Translations under genes and position numbers: made by a program
The notes under the pieces: generated by a model
What the model was told of the DNA's origin: nothing
The model's database searches: none
What the model saw: only the letters and a program-made list of their open reading frames with translations
Assembly: GCA_024672315.1 (NCBI GenBank)
Contig: GCA_024672315.1_4714.1
Source of the DNA: a phage
Length of the DNA stretch: 64,000 nucleotides
Reading direction: 5' to 3' (one strand)
Part shown: positions 50,281-59,944 of the stretch, piece after piece
How the letters are laid out: the number at the start of each line of letters is the position of its first letter
Position numbering within the stretch: the stretch's first letter is position 1

Positions 50281-50818
50281 GAATTCCTTCTAGCTCGAGG
50301 TTGTTCTCGCCGGTCTTCGGTAATAACCCACTGGCCGTTAACATCTGTGTCATCGAGTAGTCAAAGCACGGAAATATCAGGTTAACGGTTTCCTGGATCG
50401 CGTCAACATAACTATAAATGGCTTCATAATACTCACCATCATGATCTACGCTAACCAGTTCCTGACACAGTTCTTCGCTTATCATTTCATATACCGGTGG
50501 ATACCACGATTGAAATGGTCGCTGCATACGTAACGACCAATACTCGTACGTCGTATACTGAAGCACGTCATATGCCGATACGTTAATGCGGTCGAAGAAA
50601 GTATACTTGTCCATATGCTGATACAACATCGCCAGCACGGTTTCCAAGCACACCGATATCCGCACGCCGTCATCTTTCCCGTTAAGAAAATTAGGTTTCT
50701 GCCGATAACGCACAAATGCCGACGGCTTCGATTGCATTATTCCACCACCAACCATAACGTCATACTCGTATCTAACGTAAAATTGAAATGCCACCAATCT
50801 TCTACACGTGGAATCCAC
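50243..50818 (-). CDS. hypothetical protein
   Basis: 191-aa ORF. Confidence 0.35.
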   Translation of the reverse strand: MDSTCRRLVAFQFYVRYEYDVMVGGGIMQSKPSAFVRYRQKPNFLNGKDDGVRISVCLETVLAMLYQHMDKYTFFDRINVSAYDVLQYTTYEYWSLRMQRPFQSWYPPVYEMISEELCQELVSVDHDGEYYEAIYSYVDAIQETVNLIFPCFDYSMTQMLTASGLLPKTGENNLELEGIHGYVAFFNIECG

Positions 50819-51420
50819 GTACGAAGGATTTGGTTAACTTCGCTTCGCATCACCGATAAACGACAACGAAAATCGAACTTCTCATCATGGCCGTAGTCTT
50901 CATGCATGAAAACTTCATCCAGAACGAACTCAAGTTGCATGTCGACATCACGGCCAGAGATATTCCGTTTGTACAAATACAACTCAATCGTGTCGTAAAG
51001 CAACGTATGAATATCATAATTTCCGTTCGGTGAGAAATAAGGTAACCGCTCATCGAGCATCGAAAACAGATATTCGCTGTAGTTTAATAACGGGATGATG
51101 TACCGACGCCCTGTCTGTGGTGTGCGAATATGTATCGAAACCTGACTTGGGCGCGGAATAACCGACGGCTTAGAATCGTCTCTCTGAAATTGCTCTAAAG
51201 ATCGCAACAAAGGTGGCCGCATTGTAACTCTCCAACGCCCAATTGTAAGGCCCTTCCAACATGTGTTCCCATACGTGAATAAACTCACTACCGAAGACAG
51301 GCTCCAGCGCCATGGTGAGATTCGTAAGTTCTGACGCGGCCGCATGGTAAGCATCAACATGTCTTTCCATTGACGGATCGTCTTCATTGAAAATACGTTC
51401 TGTATCGCCAGCCCGCTCAA
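50737..51420 (-). CDS. hypothetical protein
   Basis: 227-aa ORF, ATGA overlap with upstream gene. Confidence 0.4.
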   Translation of the reverse strand: MSGLAIQNVFSMKTIRQWKDMLMLTMRPRQNLRISPWRWSLSSVVSLFTYGNTCWKGLTIGRWRVTMRPPLLRSLEQFQRDDSKPSVIPRPSQVSIHIRTPQTGRRYIIPLLNYSEYLFSMLDERLPYFSPNGNYDIHTLLYDTIELYLYKRNISGRDVDMQLEFVLDEVFMHEDYGHDEKFDFRCRLSVMRSEVNQILRTWIPRVEDWWHFNFTLDTSMTLWLVVE

Positions 51421-52394
51421 TAAGTTCGGTAATGAGATCTGTCCATGTCTCGTGACACGTCATCATTTCCTGCTCTCGACTTAGTATGCCGATGTCTGCG
51501 TGGACGCTGGACTCGAACCGGTCTAAAAGGACCCGAAGAACGTGCACCTTGTCGATGTATTTCACCGTTATCCAAGAAAGCGGTTGCCATCGACTCAACA
51601 TCCATCCGGTACTCGGGAACCCCAAACTCATATAGTACGGGTTGCACCGGACCGAAGACGGAGCGACGTTGTTTAAATCGTTCCTTAAGGGCAAGGCCTT
51701 GTTTAATATAAACGGGTTCATTGGCGAGCTGTTCCGCTTTTCGTTTTGCGTGAGCCAATCGAAGTTCTTCCAATTGCCCAAGCCATTCAAATTGTTCATC
51801 TGTTAGCTCCTGGGGACGTTCAACAATCGCGCCAGACGGGCAGATATTGATCGTAATGTTAATTGACGGCATCGCCATCACTCGAGGATTACTATTACGT
51901 ACGCGGACAACGTGTTCGGTTGCTGATTTACGATCGACGCAATACTCTGTTTCTTGGAACTCAAATGCTTTTAACGGCGTTGGTTTTGTTTGACGTTTAG
52001 GAACGCGGCCAAGATCAACAATATAGGCATAATCGCACACACGTTCTATTCCGTAAATACGGTTATCCGACCAGTTCTTACCAAACAGCTTATTGTGATG
52101 ATAAGACAGATATTCGGTTACCATACCCTGGACAACATCGAAGTCTTCTCGAAATTCAGGTTGGTACCAAATCGGGCCGAGAATATCTGCGAACGATTCA
52201 TGACGATATCGAGGATCATGTCGAGTCCAGGTCATTCTCTGGTTAAGATCGAAATCCACCAACAACTCGGTTAATTGCAATTTTTCCTTCGGAGAAAGCT
52301 GGCGTTGATGATGCAAACTCAGGCAATCGATAAGCGGTAATGAAACCCACGATGCTAATGTGTACAAATCGATCCTGGCTAATCTCTTGGTCAT
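51417..52394 (-). CDS. hypothetical protein
   Basis: 325-aa ORF. Confidence 0.45.
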   Translation of the reverse strand: MTKRLARIDLYTLASWVSLPLIDCLSLHHQRQLSPKEKLQLTELLVDFDLNQRMTWTRHDPRYRHESFADILGPIWYQPEFREDFDVVQGMVTEYLSYHHNKLFGKNWSDNRIYGIERVCDYAYIVDLGRVPKRQTKPTPLKAFEFQETEYCVDRKSATEHVVRVRNSNPRVMAMPSINITINICPSGAIVERPQELTDEQFEWLGQLEELRLAHAKRKAEQLANEPVYIKQGLALKERFKQRRSVFGPVQPVLYEFGVPEYRMDVESMATAFLDNGEIHRQGARSSGPFRPVRVQRPRRHRHTKSRAGNDDVSRDMDRSHYRTY

Positions 52395-52485
52395 ACTCTT
52401 TTCCTAAGTCCCCATTGTTTATACACACGATATCTGGGAATAGTTAAAATATACGGCGTAAAACGAAGCAGGAGAGTTTCTGACG

Positions 52486-52806
52486 TCATTTTCTCCCTCT
52501 TCGAATACCACCGATACCTCTTTCGTCTAAGACGTCCCAGGCACGCTTTATTTCATCCTCCGTTGCTCTGGTATCTGGAGGGACAACCATAACACAGTCG
52601 TGGAATGGCCAATGTGTAGGTCTGGGATTAGCGAACAAATCATCCCATTCAAATGTCCATTCTTTCTTTGAGCGATTGTAATAGAGCGTAAGGTACGTGT
52701 TGGTATACGCCGGATAACCACGCATAACCTCAATATCCTTGCGATCTTGCCGTTCCTGATTCCAATCGTTAAACCGCTTTCTTATTTTCTCCCACCACTT
52801 TCCCAT
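52486..52806 (-). CDS. hypothetical protein
   Basis: 106-aa ORF; AGGAGA Shine-Dalgarno; TTTATGCCG about 20 nt upstream. Confidence 0.4.
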   Translation of the reverse strand: MGKWWEKIRKRFNDWNQERQDRKDIEVMRGYPAYTNTYLTLYYNRSKKEWTFEWDDLFANPRPTHWPFHDCVMVVPPDTRATEDEIKRAWDVLDERGIGGIRRGRK

Positions 52807-52828
52807 GCTTTCTCCTACGCGGCATAAA

Positions 52829-52850
52829 AGCCTGCCCCGAAGGACAGGCT
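52829..52850 (-). terminator. hairpin followed on the minus strand by TTTATGCCG
   Basis: AGCCTG...CAGGCT stem; minus-strand TTTATGCCG at 52820..52828. Confidence 0.45.
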
Positions 52851-52859
52851 CGATAGAAC

Positions 52860-53060
52860 TTAATAACCATCCAATTTCAATGAAGGATGGTTGACGATAT
52901 GTGCGTGTTTTGCTGGGTCATATAGCTGATATGGAAAATAGCCATGCCATTGACGGCCTTGGCATTTCGTACACAGGAACTGACCAGCACTTTGTCGATT
53001 CTCGTAAGCGAGTTCGGTACTATCAACATGACCGCAACGTTCGCAGATAAACAGCGACAT
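52860..53060 (-). CDS. small zinc-ribbon protein
   Basis: 66 aa; CERCGH...CTKCQG cysteine pairs. Confidence 0.35.
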   Translation of the reverse strand: MSLFICERCGHVDSTELAYENRQSAGQFLCTKCQGRQWHGYFPYQLYDPAKHAHIVNHPSLKLDGY

Positions 53061-53097
53061 AGCGCATCCCCATTCACTTGAACTTTTTGGTTCGGTG

Positions 53098-54078
53098 TTA
53101 GAAAAGCAAGAAACCGCTATTCTTCGCTTCCGCTACAGTTTCGTCACCAACTTTCGGTGCCTGTTGACGTGCGTTACGATGTTCGATGTAACGTTTCGCT
53201 TCGTCCGCGATCTGTTTGATAATACCCCCTAAACGATCGGTACTTAAAACAAACGACGTCGCTTCACGAATCGGGCTGCTTTCAGGCACAAAACCATCAC
53301 AGCTGTAAATAGCGCTAACGCCCATGACTTTGGTCGCGTCTTTCGGATAAAGCGTACAGAAAGCAATCGGGCTATCGTTCTCTTTCGTCCAATCGTATCC
53401 CATGAACGTATTCAGTTCGGTGATCGTTGGTTCCAAACCGGTAACACGCGGATGGTTTAAGAAGTTTTCCAGGTCGGCGCTGTCAAGACGACGGTTCTCG
53501 CCAGAAAACAGAACACAAAGCTGGCTAATAACAACCTGCACGTCCAGGTTGACATCCTGCTCCGATTTCCCATTTTCGCCATTCATGTGATAGCTAACAA
53601 TCACTGGACGTTTCAACCCTTCTGCGGCTGCCATCAGTCCTTTGAAGGTGCGATCGGCGTTGATCGTCTGACGCTCATCATCGAACGAGGCAACGATACA
53701 ACACACCACACGTTCACCGCGTTCCAGCAGATTAGCAACCAACGCAGGACCGGCAACAGAACCTGAACCACCGCTCAAACTAAAGACCACGATATTAAAT
53801 TTACCTGGCGTATGCTTATTGAGAATACCTGGGATTTGTGAACAGATCAGCTCAGCGTTCTCATCACGCTTCTTACCGGAACCGTCTAGCTCACGACCAG
53901 CTGCATCTTTAAAGATGTAAATATGATCGTCGCCCAGTGTGCTATCGCGTAGGTTAGCGCGGCTGGTATCAACATACGTCATGCTGTGTAATCCTTTCGC
54001 GACTTCGCCTTCAAATGCTGAGCCGATTTCGCCACCACAACCACCGACAGCCCAAATATGTACTTGGTTCTCTTGCAT
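53098..54078 (-). CDS. phuZ: tubulin/FtsZ-like GTPase (PhuZ-like)
   Basis: 326 aa; N-terminal glycine loop IWAVGGCGGEIG and tubulin signature FSLSGGSGSVAGP (GGGTGSG-type); AGGAG Shine-Dalgarno; size matches phage PhuZ. Confidence 0.7.
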   Translation of the reverse strand: MQENQVHIWAVGGCGGEIGSAFEGEVAKGLHSMTYVDTSRANLRDSTLGDDHIYIFKDAAGRELDGSGKKRDENAELICSQIPGILNKHTPGKFNIVVFSLSGGSGSVAGPALVANLLERGERVVCCIVASFDDERQTINADRTFKGLMAAAEGLKRPVIVSYHMNGENGKSEQDVNLDVQVVISQLCVLFSGENRRLDSADLENFLNHPRVTGLEPTITELNTFMGYDWTKENDSPIAFCTLYPKDATKVMGVSAIYSCDGFVPESSPIREATSFVLSTDRLGGIIKQIADEAKRYIEHRNARQQAPKVGDETVAEAKNSGFLLF

Positions 54079-54142
54079 GTGAACTCCTAACTTAATATGT
54101 ATTTAACGCACAATGAATCTTACTTTGCTAAAGGGGTGACCC

Positions 54143-54985
54143 ATGGGTGCTATTGACTACAGTGTAGATCGTATCTGTCGTACAATACCGGCAGATATCC
54201 TACAGTATTGCTATATCGATCGTTACGACTGGCGTAATCGCTATCCTCGTTCCGTAGAAGACATCATTACCGATTGGGTAATCCGTAAACGGGTTATCGG
54301 CGACATCGATATCTACGGGGGACTACAAACCGTTATTCCCCTTGATGATGCCGGTGTCACTATCGAAGAAGTCACCATTAACTGTTATGTTTTCCACATC
54401 CCGTTGGAAGCCACGCAGGGACGTTATATCACGTCTGCATTATCCATTATTTCAGGGAGCGTGAACAACTACGGAATAAACTATAACGGTCAATGGGGCG
54501 CTTTCAACCAAACCCAATTTCAACGTCAGCTTTGCGGATGGAACCCCGCAAGCAACACATTACAGCAAGGGATGAACGCGTTCGGTCCCATGAACGTTCT
54601 TAGTACAGCCAACGTTGATATCATCGCCCCTAACACCATCATGGTGAACAACGTCACGCCTGTACAATTTCCCCTGAGTCTACGTTGTTTCCTTGCCCAC
54701 GATCCGGAACTTACTAACCTCAGCATGGAGGTTTGGAACGACTTCTACAAACTCTGTTTATACGCCACACAAAGTGACATCTACAACAGAACCGTTATCC
54801 GTCTTGATAGAGGTGTTACAGCACAAGGACAAGAAGTCGGTGCATTCAAGGAATACATCGATCGCTTTGCTGATGCTGAAAACACATATCAGGAATTCCT
54901 GAACGAAACGTGGGCTGGCGTTGCTGCCTGGAACGATCCACAAACTAAACGTCGCGCCATTCGTTTGCAAACCGGTTACTTCTGA
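54143..54985 (+). CDS. hypothetical protein
   Basis: 280-aa plus-strand ORF. Confidence 0.45.
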   Translation: MGAIDYSVDRICRTIPADILQYCYIDRYDWRNRYPRSVEDIITDWVIRKRVIGDIDIYGGLQTVIPLDDAGVTIEEVTINCYVFHIPLEATQGRYITSALSIISGSVNNYGINYNGQWGAFNQTQFQRQLCGWNPASNTLQQGMNAFGPMNVLSTANVDIIAPNTIMVNNVTPVQFPLSLRCFLAHDPELTNLSMEVWNDFYKLCLYATQSDIYNRTVIRLDRGVTAQGQEVGAFKEYIDRFADAENTYQEFLNETWAGVAAWNDPQTKRRAIRLQTGYF

Positions 54986-55593
54986 TTAACGATAGCTTCC
55001 TCCCTCGGTGTTTTCGAGGGAGGTATTTGCCGTTTAAACACTTTCAGCACGTTCGTAAATTCAGCAGCAATAATACAGGCCGAGGTTGATAGCTTATTGC
55101 TGAAAATGAGATCGTCCGGTAAACAATCGAACTGAATACCGTATTGCGTCTTTGTCTCATCAACGATCAATGACGGTGTCGATCTTGTCTTCGCAATGTC
55201 GGTGATATACAAACGTAAAAATAATTCACCGTCTTCGCTATCCATAAAACGATAGGCGTTACCAGAAAACGCAACACATGGTGTAACGATAAATTGAACA
55301 CGATCGTCGATCGGATGGATATTTAACCAACGTTCGATATCATTACTACTCACATTTTGCATATTTACTACGGTAAAAGCAAATAGCGTATCGTGATGCT
55401 TGGAATAATGCAGCACATACGCCGCACCTTTCTTTTTGTGAATCCCTTCAATGTATTCTATTGTCGTATAGCCGGATTTATATAGCTTTACTTGCGGTTT
55501 CTCACTCATCATAACAGCCCTTCCCGTTTCATCGCAGCGCGCATACTTGCGTAAAGCGCATTCTTCATCGCACCTGGACGCAACGGATAACAA
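54976..55593 (-). CDS. hypothetical protein
   Basis: 205-aa ORF. Confidence 0.4.
   Translation of the reverse strand: MLSVASRCDEECALRKYARCDETGRAVMMSEKPQVKLYKSGYTTIEYIEGIHKKKGAAYVLHYSKHHDTLFAFTVVNMQNVSSNDIERWLNIHPIDDRVQFIVTPCVAFSGNAYRFMDSEDGELFLRLYITDIAKTRSTPSLIVDETKTQYGIQFDCLPDDLIFSNKLSTSACIIAAEFTNVLKVFKRQIPPSKTPREEAIVNQK
54999..55023 (+). terminator. GC hairpin after plus-strand gene 54143..54985
   Basis: CCTCCCTCG / CGAGGGAGG stem with GTGTTTT loop, followed by TATTTGCCG. Confidence 0.45.
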
Positions 55594-55808
55594 ATCTCAT
55601 ATCGACGTCCTTGTTTTACAGCAATTTTCCTTCCGTTCAGAAACAACGTGCCATTATCCAACAACAACTCACCTTGTAGTATCATGAGTCCTGCTTTAAC
55701 ATGACGTCCTTCTTCTTTCGTTAAGACCTTATAGCCGTGTTTATCCAATAACCACAATTCGTAGATACCATGCGCAGCCTTCGGCATTACTTTCTTCTTC
55801 GTCGTCAT
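55509..55808 (-). CDS. hypothetical protein
   Basis: 99-aa ORF. Confidence 0.35.
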   Translation of the reverse strand: MTTKKKVMPKAAHGIYELWLLDKHGYKVLTKEEGRHVKAGLMILQGELLLDNGTLFLNGRKIAVKQGRRYEICYPLRPGAMKNALYASMRAAMKREGLL

Positions 55809-55820
55809 GGAAGATCCTCC

Positions 55821-56195
55821 TTAAACTCCTTGTCGGATCATCACCAACCGGAGCATGTTGTATTCCAATGTAGCGCTTTCTAATTCGAATTCATATCGAT
55901 ACCAGAAATTCGGCTCTAATTGACCTACAACACATTTACGAACATCTGTCTGCACCTTCCTCGACAGCACCTGTAACAGTTGTGTTATCTCCGGCTTGAA
56001 GTAATGCGCCAAACCTAACTGATCAGAATAAAACAGGCCACAATCAAAGATGGCCTGTAAAATAACATATTCAACCATCAGGTGACGCGCATCGGGGTCA
56101 GGGAATGGCGAACGTAAAGCGAGGTCTAACACATCGACGATTGGGCCGACATAAATGGCGGCGCGGTACTCACGAATAACACTGATGTTATCCAT
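55821..56195 (-). CDS. hypothetical protein
   Basis: 124-aa ORF. Confidence 0.4.
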   Translation of the reverse strand: MDNISVIREYRAAIYVGPIVDVLDLALRSPFPDPDARHLMVEYVILQAIFDCGLFYSDQLGLAHYFKPEITQLLQVLSRKVQTDVRKCVVGQLEPNFWYRYEFELESATLEYNMLRLVMIRQGV

Positions 56196-56208
56196 GGTAG
56201 CCTATTCA

Positions 56209-57033
56209 TTAACTATCGCTTTCTGATGTATCGACGTAGTTGAAAATACGATCCCGTAAACACTCGTAACGAGGCAACGCGCTAAGAATGATCATCTTCA
56301 ACTGCATCGCGATCGATACGCGTTCTTCATCCGATGCATCATCTCCCCATTTACCCGGCTTAACCTGAATAGGTTCATGCGGATCCTGCGGGAATATAAA
56401 ACTTAACAACAGATAATCCGTACGGAACTCCCACACTTCTCGACCGTCGTTATCGGTTTCTTTACGTAACGTGAAGAGTTGACGTTCGGTGGTTGGATCC
56501 AGCATCAGCGGTCGACCACGAACAATCTCCAGTTTACGTGGGCTGACGAACGTCGTACGTTCGGGAAGGTATTTTTCAACATCATCCGTATCCAACAAGA
56601 ACAAAATGATGTCGTCGAAATACTTCGGTGCGTACGTGTGTATCGGTTCACCGTCGCTATACGAAGAGATCTCTTGGAGTATTGGTGTCTTACACGAAAA
56701 GTTCTGGCATGAACCACGGGTGATCGGTAAGGTGGTCCATTGATGTTCTGTAGACAATTCAACAGGCACCAACGGATAGTCATCAATGAATACCACACAC
56801 GTTGTGCTAATGGGTATTCTTCCGTCATTACCCGGTTCAAAAACCAAACGTATCTTACCAGTAATCAGCGCCATCTCATCTGGCATTAAATGGCTTGCTG
56901 ACCGGGCAAGTCTGAAACCGCTCGCCTGTTTATAAGGTTCGGGTTTATAGCCACGGACAATAAGAGAGACATCCGCAAGTTCAACGCTCACGAATGCATC
57001 TTTGGTGTCTTCATTGTTCGTCGTTAACGTCAT
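56209..57033 (-). CDS. hypothetical protein
   Basis: 274-aa ORF. Confidence 0.45.
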   Translation of the reverse strand: MTLTTNNEDTKDAFVSVELADVSLIVRGYKPEPYKQASGFRLARSASHLMPDEMALITGKIRLVFEPGNDGRIPISTTCVVFIDDYPLVPVELSTEHQWTTLPITRGSCQNFSCKTPILQEISSYSDGEPIHTYAPKYFDDIILFLLDTDDVEKYLPERTTFVSPRKLEIVRGRPLMLDPTTERQLFTLRKETDNDGREVWEFRTDYLLLSFIFPQDPHEPIQVKPGKWGDDASDEERVSIAMQLKMIILSALPRYECLRDRIFNYVDTSESDS

Positions 57034-58048
57034 TGTTCATTTTCTCCATTGCAACGAATCGTTCAAGCTCGCGTAATAAACGCTCTTTTAACGCAGGATC
57101 AACTTCCGGAGCATGTTTATCACGATACCATTCGGTCCCGTTGTATTGCAGGCTAACATGCCACGTTCCTAACGGGCTTTCCTCTGCAGCAGCGATGAAA
57201 TTCTTAACGCCGGTTTTGGTAGGATACTCCATGATAGGAACAGCCTGCTTCAGATCCATTACGGTAAGATCCTGGAAGTTATAATCCAGAAGCGTTAACG
57301 CACGTTTGTCGCGTAACAGTAACCCGCAATCCAAGATGGTGAAATCAATACCCCAGAAACGTAACTTACCTCCAACCCCAACAGGAGTGTGACCACGATA
57401 AACCGCGAGATAAATCTCACCTTTATCGGTTTCTTTGTTGTATCCAGCAATAAAAGCGGCTGTGATTAATGGTTGGTGTCCTTTCGCTAAGAAGACAGGG
57501 TGGTTATGATACAACCAGTCACTACGAATCAGATCGGTAACCTGACCTAAACGTGCTGTTGGTACCATCACCGATCCCAGAGTCTCATCAACAGGAACCT
57601 GGTAATATTCAAACAGAACACCATCGATTTCTTCGGTAGCGTAAGGCGTACGTGTAGGATCGTTAAGGAGTTTACGGAGTTTTGTGTCGATTTCGTTAAC
57701 ACGGCTACCCTGCTCTTTCTCACGACTGCCGATAACAAAAGCAACAAGATTGCGCACGCTAACAAAAACATCATCTTTCTCAGTGTCGCTGAGATCAGCT
57801 TCATCCGGCATTGTTGTCCAATGTAACGGACCTTCAACAACCTTAAGCCATTTATCTTCACGTTCAGGATAAACAAAAGGCTTATGCACAGGAACACTGG
57901 TGTGCTGAACTCGCAATAACAGGCTACATAACGGCGGTAATGTTTTCTCTAGAGGAGGAACAATACCTGAGGTAACGGAAATAACGTAACGATTAAGAAC
58001 AAGAGAAGCTGAATAAGTGATGTTATCTAATCCTGGTAATTGATCCAT
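57011..58048 (-). CDS. hypothetical protein
   Basis: 345-aa ORF. Confidence 0.45.
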   Translation of the reverse strand: MDQLPGLDNITYSASLVLNRYVISVTSGIVPPLEKTLPPLCSLLLRVQHTSVPVHKPFVYPEREDKWLKVVEGPLHWTTMPDEADLSDTEKDDVFVSVRNLVAFVIGSREKEQGSRVNEIDTKLRKLLNDPTRTPYATEEIDGVLFEYYQVPVDETLGSVMVPTARLGQVTDLIRSDWLYHNHPVFLAKGHQPLITAAFIAGYNKETDKGEIYLAVYRGHTPVGVGGKLRFWGIDFTILDCGLLLRDKRALTLLDYNFQDLTVMDLKQAVPIMEYPTKTGVKNFIAAAEESPLGTWHVSLQYNGTEWYRDKHAPEVDPALKERLLRELERFVAMEKMNNDVNDEQ

Positions 58049-58303
58049 GATAGAAATCCTTAGTATATTTGATATGTTGTTTAATTGACATATTAAGTTT
58101 AAAAGAGGTTATGTTTTACGTATTGTTAATAACGTATTCTTATCTCTATTAAGTTATGTTCTATCTAAAGATAGTAAACAGATATAATGCTCCCCACCTC
58201 CCCATTCTCCCAAGTAATACTGGCCTACCGGCCCTCTCCTTTTTAAGGGAGAGAGTAAGCATTCAGTATTGCTCAAATGAATAAGCAAAACAGTATAAAC
58301 TTA

Positions 58304-58327
58304 CCGTCTCGAGATAACTCGAGACGG
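58304..58327 (-). terminator. palindromic terminator-like hairpin
   Basis: CCGTCTCGAG ATAA CTCGAGACGG perfect 10-bp stem; T-rich sequence follows on the minus strand after gene 58354..58707. Confidence 0.5.
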
Positions 58328-58353
58328 CGTAGTATCTGTTTATCTCTTTTATG

Positions 58354-58707
58354 TTAACAGCCTATTTCTGCATGAACCTTTAACGATTCGAATACATCTT
58401 CCTTCTTTATCATCGTCTTGTATAAACGTGATTGAGCAATGATCTTTATCCATTGTTGCGGATCGCGTAAATTCACATTTTCAAAACGGGGTGGGGTATT
58501 ATCTCCGTCGAGTCGGATATACCCTAAGAGCAATCCTTCATGGTGTCCTCGACGGATTTCGATATGCGGTTTGAGGAAGATGCGGTTATCTGGTGGATAC
58601 CAGCTTACGGTGTAATAATGGTTTCCTGAAACAACGAACTCATGAACGGTTTTTGTTTCATCATCAATGACCGCGTTTACGCTGGGAATCATTAATTTTT
58701 GAAGCAC
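58354..58707 (-). CDS. hypothetical protein
   Basis: 117-aa ORF. Confidence 0.4.
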   Translation of the reverse strand: MLQKLMIPSVNAVIDDETKTVHEFVVSGNHYYTVSWYPPDNRIFLKPHIEIRRGHHEGLLLGYIRLDGDNTPPRFENVNLRDPQQWIKIIAQSRLYKTMIKKEDVFESLKVHAEIGC

Positions 58708-59291
58708 GGGACATAAACCTCCATCAACATCGCATAAAGCGCACCAAGCCCATGCAGGACTTGGTTAGGTGCAAAGGTCGGTGTGTAACATACTTGTTCG
58801 GTTGGTGCTTGTTGACGTAAGTCTAGCGGATCCCCGTTAATAAGCATCTGCAGGAGATCGGCGTCATCTTGCAATGTGTCTTCATCGATGTATGCGTCAA
58901 CACAAAGCAGTCGGTGTAACTGTTCTGGTTTAATTGAAATACCGACAACCATGCAGTTGTTGTAAGTGGCGTTGTCCAGAAAGAAGTGAATGACACCCGC
59001 CTGAGGATCGCCACCGTAGTGGAGCCAACGCGTAAAGCCAGCCGACATCATCCATAGCGGGTTGTGTTGTAACGCACTGACGACGCGGGTCTCGAATTCC
59101 AAACCAAACTTCTGGAAGATCGCACCCATCTGGAAACGATCTTCATCGAGACGGTAGCGGAATATACAAGCATCCGATCCCGTTGAGTTGTCGTACACCG
59201 AAAGATACCCACGATGGATTTCCACGGTAACATTGTTGTCGTCAAGCGTAGCGCTCGCAACGCCGTTAGAAAAGGTTGGAACAAAGCTCAT
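58692..59291 (-). CDS. hypothetical protein
   Basis: 199-aa ORF. Confidence 0.4.
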   Translation of the reverse strand: MSFVPTFSNGVASATLDDNNVTVEIHRGYLSVYDNSTGSDACIFRYRLDEDRFQMGAIFQKFGLEFETRVVSALQHNPLWMMSAGFTRWLHYGGDPQAGVIHFFLDNATYNNCMVVGISIKPEQLHRLLCVDAYIDEDTLQDDADLLQMLINGDPLDLRQQAPTEQVCYTPTFAPNQVLHGLGALYAMLMEVYVPCFKN

Positions 59292-59839
59292 CTTGTAATC
59301 CTTAATTTACCTGAATGAATTATTGTTGACGGGTCCACGACGCGACCGTATTTCGCATTACGTAATACACGATGTCCAAAGAAGTCGGCGGTTTCCAAAA
59401 CAACCGTGTAACAACCCAGCTGATGTTGATGTCCCCAAAACCGTTCAATGGGAATCCAGCAGGGCGACATGCCTTTGTGTCGCCAATCCGTAACACAACC
59501 GAATTCAGCAAACTGTTCAGTAAACCACTCGTCAATGTCGGTATCCGTAAAGAGAAATACGTGGTTTTTAACCAGATAAGCGAACCCAGGATAAAAAAGC
59601 TGAGGGTCATCCGGGTCACGTAGATAAACACGAAGTTTGTCTAGCGTACCCTCGACAACGATTGTATCGGGTAATCCTGGCGGCGTGAACCGAAGTTGGA
59701 AGTTATCCTCGTTTGCCGAGGCGTTAACCAAATACCCCAGTTGAAGGGGTCGATGCAGTTCGAAAAGGTTAAACGTTAATGCATATTCGATATACTCTAA
59801 TCCTATATTCATGTCTGACCTATGTGGTATGGACGGCAT
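59288..59839 (-). CDS. hypothetical protein
   Basis: 183-aa ORF; degenerate TACATTAC element about 30 nt upstream on the minus strand. Confidence 0.4.
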   Translation of the reverse strand: MPSIPHRSDMNIGLEYIEYALTFNLFELHRPLQLGYLVNASANEDNFQLRFTPPGLPDTIVVEGTLDKLRVYLRDPDDPQLFYPGFAYLVKNHVFLFTDTDIDEWFTEQFAEFGCVTDWRHKGMSPCWIPIERFWGHQHQLGCYTVVLETADFFGHRVLRNAKYGRVVDPSTIIHSGKLRITR

Positions 59840-59944
59840 TGCATTGCCTTCCGCGAGTGTAATCAGGAAGGTAATGTAGGTTTATTTTAATCTCCATTTC
59901 GCGATGATATGACAGTCTTTATTACGTTTACCATCTGAGGGAGC

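Noticed and set aside
51170-51799. 209-aa minus-strand ORF overlapping two neighbours
   Set aside because: It spans the ATGA junction of 50737..51420 and 51417..52394 in a different frame; the tiled pair is the simpler model.
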